Positions 56,767 to 64,000 of a stretch of DNA of 64,000 nt are shown here, one piece after another. Made by a program: the position numbers and the translations under genes. The notes below the pieces were generated by a model, which saw only the letters and a list, made by a program, of their open reading frames with translations, made no database searches and was not told the DNA's origin. Origin of the DNA: Bacteroidales bacterium (GTDB lineage Bacteria; Bacteroidota; Bacteroidia; Bacteroidales; P3). Positions within the stretch are counted from its first letter, which is position 1. Each line of letters starts with the position of its first letter. The stretch covers positions 66,817 through 130,816 of the forward strand of contig JAFVBF010000034.1 in assembly GCA_017480145.1 (NCBI GenBank). Reading direction: 5' to 3'.

Positions 56767-56802
56767 AAAACGGGTGTTTTGCATAAAGCAAACACCCGTT
56801 TT
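56767..56802 (-). terminator. Terminator hairpin after the HIT gene
   Basis: AAAACGGGTGTTT(T)GC-loop-GCAAACACCCGTTTT. T-runs flank it on both strands. Confidence 0.7.
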
Positions 56803-56838
56803 CGAATCATTCCTATATTTGCCAATATGAGCAAAAGA

Positions 56839-57237
56839 CTACAGCATAACCTGTTGATTGATTTGCTGAGCCAGTGACTTCATTTCATCATCAGAGAGCT
56901 TGATGCGTTCCTTACGGAAATCAATGTCATTGGCATCATTAAGGGGTATAAGATGGATGTGTGCATGGGGGACATCGACACCTACAACAGCCACACCCAC
57001 ACGCAAACAAGGACAAACCTTAGCGATAGCATGAGCGACACGTTTGCTAAAAAGGTGCAATTCAGAGAACAACTCATCATCTAAGTCGAATATATAATCA
57101 ACCTCTTTCTTGGGGATGCAGAGCACATGACCTTTAGCCAATGGGCTAATATCCAAAAAAGCCAAACAATTCTCTGTTTCTGCCACTTTATAGCAGGGTA
57201 TCTCGCCCGCCACAATACGAGAGAAAATAGAAGCCAT
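56839..57237 (-). CDS. HIT-family (histidine triad) protein
   Basis: MASIFSRIVAGEIPCYKVAE...FLDISPLAKGHVLCIPKK...VPHAHIHLIP. 132 aa. Confidence 0.9.
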   Translation of the reverse strand: MASIFSRIVAGEIPCYKVAETENCLAFLDISPLAKGHVLCIPKKEVDYIFDLDDELFSELHLFSKRVAHAIAKVCPCLRVGVAVVGVDVPHAHIHLIPLNDANDIDFRKERIKLSDDEMKSLAQQINQQVML

Positions 57238-57249
57238 ATCTAATGTTTT

Positions 57250-57723
57250 TTAGCGTTCAACCGAAAGGATTTCAAACACCATCTTACCCGCAGGCACTAT
57301 GACATCCACTTTTTCGCCAGCCTTATGGCCCAAAAAAGCCTTAGCAAAAGGAGAAGAGACAGAAATCAAGCCCTTCTTAAGATCTGCCTCGCTTTCTGGG
57401 ACAATCGTGTAAGTCTGAGTGGCTCCGTTCTTAACGTTTTTTACATTAATTTTGGACAGCAACAATACCTTGGACGTATCCAGCTTAGACTCATCCAGCA
57501 AACGTGCATTAGCCACCAAATCCTGTAACTTGGAGATTCTTGCCTCAAGATGACCTTGCGCTTCTTTTGCAGCATCATACTCGGCATTTTCCGAGAGATC
57601 GCCTTTGTCTCTGGCCTCGGCAATGGCGGCTGACGCTGCTGGTCTTTCCACAGAGATAAGATGATGCAACTCATCCTTTAATTTCTGAAGACCTTCTTCA
57701 CTATAATATTTAATTTCTGCCAT
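57250..57723 (-). CDS. greA: Transcription elongation factor GreA
   Basis: EEGLQKLKDEL..RPAASAAIAEARDKGDLSENAEYDAAKEAQGHLEARISKL. 157 aa. Confidence 0.93.
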   Translation of the reverse strand: MAEIKYYSEEGLQKLKDELHHLISVERPAASAAIAEARDKGDLSENAEYDAAKEAQGHLEARISKLQDLVANARLLDESKLDTSKVLLLSKINVKNVKNGATQTYTIVPESEADLKKGLISVSSPFAKAFLGHKAGEKVDVIVPAGKMVFEILSVER

Positions 57724-57766
57724 GATAGAGATATTTATGCTCTATTAATAAAGATTAGATACTCTG

Positions 57767-57807
57767 TAAAAGATAGGAAAGGTTGCTTTCGACAACCTTT
57801 CCTATCT
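57767..57807 (-). terminator. Rho-independent terminator after the PorV-like gene
   Basis: Perfect 15-bp stem AGATAGGAAAGGTTG/CAACCTTTCCTATCT with a 7-nt loop, followed on the minus strand by TTTTAC. Confidence 0.8.
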
Positions 57808-57835
57808 ATGTATGTCGTTAAAAGAACTCTTTGAC

Positions 57836-58918
57836 TTAGAACTTCAACGTAGCACCAATAGAATGGGTTCCTTTGAGCGGAGATGCACTGCGGAACGAAT
57901 AATCGATTTCAAGTGCCGTATTGGCCTTCTGTCCTTTCTCTCTTTTGGAAAGAGGGACCTCAACAGAAGCACCTGCACATATACCAGTATTGGCTGTCGT
58001 GCGGTCGCTGGAGCTGAAAATGTCCGTCTGATAGACATAGCCACAACGAACTTCGGCCATATTGAAAATGCCATACTCAACACCGAGAGCGAAATTATCC
58101 TTCAGAAAAGCATTGGAAGTAAAACTTCCGGCAACAGTGACACGCTGCTCATACTTCTCAAAAAGAAAATCATAAGAGACGCCTATATTCAGGCAAGTAG
58201 GCAACTCCATATCAGCGGAACGGGTTTCAACCGTAAAATTGTTCCCAGCATCGTTCACCATCGTCAGAGAATGACCTGTGCCTGAGAATGAGAAAGCAGT
58301 ACCAATATTCTTCAAACTAATACCAAATTTCAACTCATCATCAGCACCAGTAACATACTGAATACCTGCATCAATAGAGAAACCCGAGGCAGACACATTA
58401 TCCGTAGATTCAGAAATCACACGGAAAGCCACGCCTCCATGAATACTACGAGTAAAGGAGTGTGCATAACCGACAGCAATATTCATGAATGAGGGAGAGA
58501 AAGTACCCGCTGTACCCTCAGGGTTTTCAACCGTCGTAATAGCTATATCGCCAAAACCCATCGTCATTACCTGAACACCTAAAACACCCGACTCAAAGAT
58601 ACGAATACCCAAACCAAAAGCATTGATGGAAGCTCCCGACGTAGCACCGCTTTTACCTCCCAAATAAATGGTATTGGTATAGGTCAACTCCATATGGCGA
58701 GTAAAGGCCAGACCAGAAATATTCGAATAAAACGCATCTAAACCACGGACATTAGCGATGGAGACACTACCCCAGCCCGAACTACGTGCCCAAGGATTGA
58801 TAAGAAGTTCTGTTGCACCAGCAGTACCGCGACGGTTGTCATTACCAGCCCATACGGACTGGAATGACAAGACCGACACAAAGGCGACAACAGTCATTAT
58901 TTTAAATATATTTTTCAT
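57836..58918 (-). CDS. PorV/PorQ-like (FadL-type) outer-membrane beta-barrel protein
   Basis: Signal peptide. N-terminal RRGTAGATELLINPWARSSGWGSVSIANVRGLDAFYSNISGLAF resembles the PorV-family signature. Beta-strand periodicity throughout, and a C-terminal Phe (..GATLKF). Confidence 0.6.
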   Translation of the reverse strand: MKNIFKIMTVVAFVSVLSFQSVWAGNDNRRGTAGATELLINPWARSSGWGSVSIANVRGLDAFYSNISGLAFTRHMELTYTNTIYLGGKSGATSGASINAFGLGIRIFESGVLGVQVMTMGFGDIAITTVENPEGTAGTFSPSFMNIAVGYAHSFTRSIHGGVAFRVISESTDNVSASGFSIDAGIQYVTGADDELKFGISLKNIGTAFSFSGTGHSLTMVNDAGNNFTVETRSADMELPTCLNIGVSYDFLFEKYEQRVTVAGSFTSNAFLKDNFALGVEYGIFNMAEVRCGYVYQTDIFSSSDRTTANTGICAGASVEVPLSKREKGQKANTALEIDYSFRSASPLKGTHSIGATLKF

Positions 58919-58951
58919 TTCGCTGAGAATTTATTCGTTATCAATCAAAGT

Positions 58952-61900
58952 TTAGAATTGGAATGAGTTCAGGTCAACCGGACGCATCGTGCCAAACCAC
59001 TTGACAACACGTTCGCCAACACCAGGAACATTGAAGTGGATAAGGTACATACCACCAGCGATGGGAATACCATTATGGTTATGCAAATCCCAATCATAAG
59101 TACTGGCATCCACCGGAGTAGGACCAAGTTTTCTCACCAAGGTTCCGTCAACCGTATAGATAGAGATTACCGTGTTGCCAGGAACATTAACAAAACGAAC
59201 CTTAGTTTCGAGCTGGCTGAGAGTCTCGTAGGTAGAATAGCTGTAATAGGGGTTGGGAACCACGTTAATTTTATCAAGGATCTCGTTCTGATAGGATTCC
59301 TTAGAATTGGATGCATCTGCTTGATGGGTCAACGTAGCCATGTCGGAGCCAATCTCAAACATATAACGCGGGAAATTGTTATTTTCTTCCACTTCGTTGC
59401 AGTCTGAGGCCTTAACACCATTGTTCCCCATAAAACGACCATAAGGCATATTGACTTGAAGGTCGACCGTTATGTCACAGGCAATTCCATTGGAGGCACT
59501 GTTGGCATTCAGTTCGGCATTATCACCAGGATAGTAGAACGAATATCTGGAGTCAACGAGAGGAATCGTCACCCAAGCAGTAGAGGCAAAAAGCAGCGAG
59601 GCGGAATCACGAACTGCAATAGGCTTCACAGCCTGATCGGGAGCACCCTCGGAAGCGACAACGCCACGATACAATTTGGGGAATCCAAGAGAAAGATTGT
59701 CACGGGTCTCAAGCAAACGATCCAAGGAGCCTAACATGGTATTAGCCCAGCGACCAGCATCATAACCCGGGGTCTGATATTCTGTCAGTTGCACAGAAGA
59801 TGAGTTGAGGTTGGGGAAGGTAACCTTCGTGGCATTCATCACATAGACAAAGTGGCGACCACCAAGCACGTAGTTCTGAGTACCGCTAAGGACTTCATCG
59901 ACAGGATTCCACATCATATCACGTCCATTAAACTGGATGTAACGTGAATCCTCGCCAAACATGACATTCAGACGTTCACCCGTAGCCAGTGAGATTGCAT
60001 AGCCCGGGAACCAACCCATTCCCTCTGCATCAATGTATGCAGGATTGTTGGGGTTTTCAGTATCAGCCTCAATACCCAAATCCTTTATCGTATGACCTAA
60101 TTTATCAACGGAGAGGTGTTTGCGCTTCTGGAATTTGCGAGCATTGCCTTCGGACTGCGTATAGTCTTCACACATTTCCAAGACCGGGCAACGAGTCCAC
60201 TTGGAGGTGTCGGAAGTAAAGACCACACGAACACTGGGCAGCTTGGAAAAATCATTATAGCAAAGCGAGGAATTGACCGTATTGTTCATCAAAGAACGCT
60301 TCACACGATTGAAATTATAGGTATTCGCATCCACCCTATTTGCAAGGAAACGCATGGTATCCTCTGAAGGCATGAAATAACTGAGGTTAAATCCAGGATG
60401 GAAATCAAGAGTAGAGACAAGACCATATGGCGTCCAAGTTCCTGAGATGGCATCTTCGAAAACATTGTTACGATCCACACCAGTAGTCTTTTTACCCGTA
60501 GTAGCATACTGACCAGGAGAGTATTGACGATAGTAGTCCTCATCCAAATAATCTTCCGAGAGGGCAATATCATCACTTCCTCTGGCAAGGAAAGAAGTCA
60601 CCGTACCTTGAGAGAATTGCATACCCGCACGGATCCAGTTATACATCTGAGAATTGTCGTTATCAGGCAAGCCGAAGAGCCACTGTTTGGTAGGATCAGC
60701 ATAGGAGATAGACGAACCAAGCAGAGCACCACTATTAATAGCATTGCCATAGAAAGTATAACGGTTGTTGCCAGCGGCACCAGCATTCAAGTCCACCTCC
60801 AAATCGGTAGCAATAGGATCGGCATTCTTAAGAGAAACTGAAATACCCAAACCAATGAAGACCTCTTCGCGGACCTCGCCAATCAACTGCTCGTTGTACC
60901 GACCAATGGCAAAATCAGAATAAATAGTGTCAGGGCCATTCTCATAAACAGGTTTACCTGCCTCAGCATTTGTGATGTACCACGTGGATTCATCATTGAT
61001 GACATCGGAACCATTGGAGACAAAATTGATAATAAACTTACCAGCCTTAACATTCAGAGGATCTATAACTTTTACATCAACTGGACAGCTATCCTGCTTG
61101 TATTCAGGATGCACAATGATACATGGGTTATCGACTTTTGTAATAACACCACTATTGCTAAACTGATACTTACCAGGCTGCATACCAGGGACTCCTTTGG
61201 GGCCCATAAGTTCCTCAATACTCTCGTCCGTCAGAGCGAGAAGATTACCTCCATTTCCAAAACCCTCAATACGAGTAATTTGAGGACGCATGGCATACTC
61301 AGATTGAACCACTGTACCACCATTTTCAGAAGAAGGATCATGAGGCATTGCAGTGACCGGGCTAATCTGATCGCCCCATTCATTCTTACGGCCTGCCAAA
61401 TAAGGCTGTTTCTGACCATCGAGGTAGGATGCCTCAGTCTGAGAATATGGTTTGTATCGGTTCTGAGCATAGGCAATAGCAACATAGTAATACTCTTTGT
61501 TGTTGACTAAAGCATTGCTCGTTCCTTGAGCAAACTGGTCAGTCGTGATACGGAATACATGCTGAATACCAGCATTAGCACCATCGACTTCAACCTTGCC
61601 AGTCATAATACCCGTTGAGGAATTCGTCTCGAAATTAATCAGACGGGCAATAGCCTGCGTATTAGTAGAGTCATAATAATTCTGAATGTCACATTGTGCC
61701 ACAAGACGAGCCTTGCTAACATCGCCGATATCAGAAACCGATGCATTAGCATCCTTCAACTGATAAATCTGATAGCCTTCGAATACGTAACTACGCTCCA
61801 AATCAGTGTATCGCATCGTCACAGTAGAATCAACACCGTTGATTTGCTGAACCTGCGTATAAGTCGTAGGAATGGAAATATCTAATTTCTCATAAGACTC

Positions 61901-63868
61901 ATTGTAGTTATTAGACTTCGTGTTGCTGTAGGTCAGATAGAGAATAATCTCGTTAGAAAGTTCCTGCACAACTACCGTAGGAGCCTCAGGACCATCAAGA
62001 ACCTCAAAGCAATTCTCAAACAGAGCCTGACAGATATCATCAATTTCACGCAACAACTCGACGGAAGACCAAGCATTGCCAGAAGAGGCCTGAGCAAAAG
62101 GAATACCCACAGTAATGTAGTTCAAAGCACCTGGTTTCAACGTGAAGGGGCCAGCAGACTGCATAAAACGACGGTCACCAGGCTGATTGCCTGCAGAAAC
62201 CTCGGTCCAAGTGGAGCCGGGATCCACACCATTGGTTCCCCAAAAGAGGGGGTCGGTATTGCCTGGGAACATGAAATCGCAAGTAAGACCAGTAGCAGAA
62301 GTGCCGCTACCACCAAAAGTCATACGCTGACCGTTCTTCCAGCGACCGCGTAAGTAGTTGTAAAAGTCCGTGGCCTTGGTAGGTTCACTATTAATACCCG
62401 TAAGGCTATTATTATAGTAAACGAAACGACGCATACCGAAACGTTCATCGTCAGGGATACCATTGCCGAAGTTTACGCCGTTGATGGCACAGTTGCCCAA
62501 AGTGTCACCTGGCTTAAAATACCAGCCATCGGGATAGAAAAGGTCAGCAGACTGTGTTAGGGCGAAAGTATCGTAAACTGGATTACCATTGGCATCATCA
62601 CCAACATAATTTCCAGCAGAATCCATCTGAAGGTAATTGGGGAGCTGGCTCAGATAGACAGGATTTGCTCTAAGTTTTTCAAAATCCAGTTTAGGATTGT
62701 CTTTACCATCAGGATCCATATAGGGACCTTGGAAAAAGTCGATACCCACTGCCGGAGGAATACCAGAATAGGAACCAGAACCAGGACCATCAGATTCATC
62801 GCCATTATAGCAATAACCTAAGCCACGTTTCACATCACATCCTACATAATCGTCATAAGCATAACCCAAATCAGGGTCGACCCACTGACTGAAATAAGTA
62901 TCCTTAAGTGTATAGGTGGAACGGTTAATAATCTCATAGGAATAGAACGTCATGTTATTGATTTCGTCATTAGTGGCGAAACCAAAGGCCTGAGCACGGA
63001 TTTCAAGACCAATGGGCTGACCGTTGGTCTCAGTATGAACGTTACCCATATCATTGAATACCCACCAAATAGTCTCATCACCTTTCAGAACCTGATCAGA
63101 AAGAATACCACCAGTGACAATGCTATCTTTAGTCTCCATGGTCGGAGCAGAAAAGAGTTTTTGGCCTGGATGATTGGCCTTCCACGTCTGGGGGCAAAGT
63201 TCATTGTCAAAATCGTAGTATGGGTAGTCGCCAGCCGTAGGATCATACTCACCATCGCCATCAGCATCATAGAAAGGAGCAAGATACTTAGAAAAGCCCT
63301 CAGCTGAATTGCCATGAGCAGGCCAATTGGCAATGACCTCGTCCATATCAGAGAAGTCGCCGTCAACGATTTCGACACCTGTCTCTGTATACCTAAAATG
63401 AGACATGTGATTTGAGACCTGCTGCTTGGAAATCATGTAATGCTTATCAAACTGGTTGCAGACATCCAGAGAGACGTACGCAGTGTTGAGTTGCAGCGGA
63501 CCTGGCCAAAAGTCATCTCCGTTGTTACCGAAGGTAAGAGCGGCAATGCGAAGCTGATCATTGACATCCGTACCGCCAATCCAGAGGGCAGCACAATAAA
63601 GCGGACTTGTATTGCCTCCCTTAGGGATATGGTACTGGGCCACGCTACCATCAAACCACATATTGCCGTAGCCATTAATCAGAGCACGAACATTGTTGAC
63701 GCTCAACTCAGCCGTACTCTGCGCCCTCTTACAGACCGCGGCCTTGGTTTTCACCACGGCGTTCTGCGCGGTCTTCTTGCATTCAGTGCATTCGCGGGCA
63801 TACGCATTCCCCACCGAGAAAGAGAGAAGCACAGCCGCAAGGAATAAATTGCTGAATATATTTTTCAT
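58952..63868 (-). CDS. 1638-aa secreted protein with a T9SS-type C-terminal sorting-like domain; function unknown
   Basis: Signal peptide MKNIFSNLFLAAVLLSFSVGNAYA. The last ~110 aa read ..INVVPNPYYSYSTYE...VISIYTVDGTLVRKL...WDLHNHNGIPIAGGMYLIHFNVPGVGERVVKWFG, followed by a 12-aa extension ending in F. No catalytic motif was recognised. Confidence 0.75.
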   Translation of the reverse strand: MKNIFSNLFLAAVLLSFSVGNAYARECTECKKTAQNAVVKTKAAVCKRAQSTAELSVNNVRALINGYGNMWFDGSVAQYHIPKGGNTSPLYCAALWIGGTDVNDQLRIAALTFGNNGDDFWPGPLQLNTAYVSLDVCNQFDKHYMISKQQVSNHMSHFRYTETGVEIVDGDFSDMDEVIANWPAHGNSAEGFSKYLAPFYDADGDGEYDPTAGDYPYYDFDNELCPQTWKANHPGQKLFSAPTMETKDSIVTGGILSDQVLKGDETIWWVFNDMGNVHTETNGQPIGLEIRAQAFGFATNDEINNMTFYSYEIINRSTYTLKDTYFSQWVDPDLGYAYDDYVGCDVKRGLGYCYNGDESDGPGSGSYSGIPPAVGIDFFQGPYMDPDGKDNPKLDFEKLRANPVYLSQLPNYLQMDSAGNYVGDDANGNPVYDTFALTQSADLFYPDGWYFKPGDTLGNCAINGVNFGNGIPDDERFGMRRFVYYNNSLTGINSEPTKATDFYNYLRGRWKNGQRMTFGGSGTSATGLTCDFMFPGNTDPLFWGTNGVDPGSTWTEVSAGNQPGDRRFMQSAGPFTLKPGALNYITVGIPFAQASSGNAWSSVELLREIDDICQALFENCFEVLDGPEAPTVVVQELSNEIILYLTYSNTKSNNYNESYEKLDISIPTTYTQVQQINGVDSTVTMRYTDLERSYVFEGYQIYQLKDANASVSDIGDVSKARLVAQCDIQNYYDSTNTQAIARLINFETNSSTGIMTGKVEVDGANAGIQHVFRITTDQFAQGTSNALVNNKEYYYVAIAYAQNRYKPYSQTEASYLDGQKQPYLAGRKNEWGDQISPVTAMPHDPSSENGGTVVQSEYAMRPQITRIEGFGNGGNLLALTDESIEELMGPKGVPGMQPGKYQFSNSGVITKVDNPCIIVHPEYKQDSCPVDVKVIDPLNVKAGKFIINFVSNGSDVINDESTWYITNAEAGKPVYENGPDTIYSDFAIGRYNEQLIGEVREEVFIGLGISVSLKNADPIATDLEVDLNAGAAGNNRYTFYGNAINSGALLGSSISYADPTKQWLFGLPDNDNSQMYNWIRAGMQFSQGTVTSFLARGSDDIALSEDYLDEDYYRQYSPGQYATTGKKTTGVDRNNVFEDAISGTWTPYGLVSTLDFHPGFNLSYFMPSEDTMRFLANRVDANTYNFNRVKRSLMNNTVNSSLCYNDFSKLPSVRVVFTSDTSKWTRCPVLEMCEDYTQSEGNARKFQKRKHLSVDKLGHTIKDLGIEADTENPNNPAYIDAEGMGWFPGYAISLATGERLNVMFGEDSRYIQFNGRDMMWNPVDEVLSGTQNYVLGGRHFVYVMNATKVTFPNLNSSSVQLTEYQTPGYDAGRWANTMLGSLDRLLETRDNLSLGFPKLYRGVVASEGAPDQAVKPIAVRDSASLLFASTAWVTIPLVDSRYSFYYPGDNAELNANSASNGIACDITVDLQVNMPYGRFMGNNGVKASDCNEVEENNNFPRYMFEIGSDMATLTHQADASNSKESYQNEILDKINVVPNPYYSYSTYETLSQLETKVRFVNVPGNTVISIYTVDGTLVRKLGPTPVDASTYDWDLHNHNGIPIAGGMYLIHFNVPGVGERVVKWFGTMRPVDLNSFQF

Positions 63869-63893
63869 TGTTGATATTGTTTTTCAGTTAACA

Positions 63894-64000
63894 TTAGAAG
63901 CTATAGGAGAGTGTGAGCTTGATGTGACGCGGGTTGGAATAATTCCAAGTAGCATTGCTCAAATAGATAGTATAGAGGTCTCTGTAAGAGGTTGGATCAA
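63894..64000 (-). CDS. C-terminal end of an outer-membrane beta-barrel protein (partial; the start lies outside the window)
   Basis: The minus-strand frame reads ..DPTSYRDLYTIYLSNATWNYSNPRHIKLTLSYSF*. The alternating hydrophobic residues and terminal Phe are a typical OMP beta-signal. It lies 25 nt upstream of the 1638-aa gene. Confidence 0.5.
   Translation of the reverse strand, partial: DPTSYRDLYTIYLSNATWNYSNPRHIKLTLSYSF

Noticed and set aside
52157-56838. Intact prophage, ICE or IS element
   Set aside because: I could not recognise an integrase, transposase, relaxase, or capsid or terminase genes in any frame. Only a remnant-like set of genes and repeats is present.

Overview
This is a 64-kb chromosomal segment from a Bacteroidota genome, order Bacteroidales, probably Prevotellaceae. 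The assignment is inferred from three things: TAnnTTTG-type -7 promoter boxes in front of many genes, type IX secretion (T9SS) genes and cargo, and menaquinone genes. No database search was possible.

About 45 genes are present, mostly housekeeping:
- Translation and RNA: tRNA-Glu, aspS, rpsO-pnp, greA.
- Menaquinone: ubiE/menG-menA.
- DNA repair: ruvA, recN.
- Metabolism: sufS-like, aroK, purM-like, pyrF, class II RNR nrdJ, HIT.
- Envelope: TonB-dependent receptor, LptD-like, amidase with SPOR domain, M23 peptidase, S8 peptidase, DedA, DUF456.

A strong T9SS theme runs through the window:
- sprA (about 7.2 kb) is interrupted by one in-frame TAG.
- Two tandem giant surface proteins (1205 and 1584 aa) carry type-B T9SS C-terminal domains. 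They are built from about 35 short Cys-containing modules, each ending in (G)CDS, arranged in a three-module super-repeat.
- A minus-strand cluster at the right edge encodes a beta-barrel protein tail, a 1638-aa protein with a T9SS-like C-terminal domain, and a PorV-like barrel.

Other points worth a second look:
- A 666-aa membrane protein with a canonical EF-hand loop.
- Two perfect palindromes made of back-to-back -7 boxes at divergent gene pairs.
- An A9 frameshift in ybaK.
- Several C8-9/A8 homopolymer tracts in intergenic DNA.
- A 4.7-kb low-coding-density, compositionally mosaic region (52.2-56.8 kb). It holds a G+C-rich M15 peptidase gene, an XRE regulator, gene remnants and four copies of a GGTGTCCGCTAAAA motif, two of them as an inverted pair.

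No CRISPR array, rRNA, transposase or integrase was recognised. All functional calls rest on motif and family recognition by eye.
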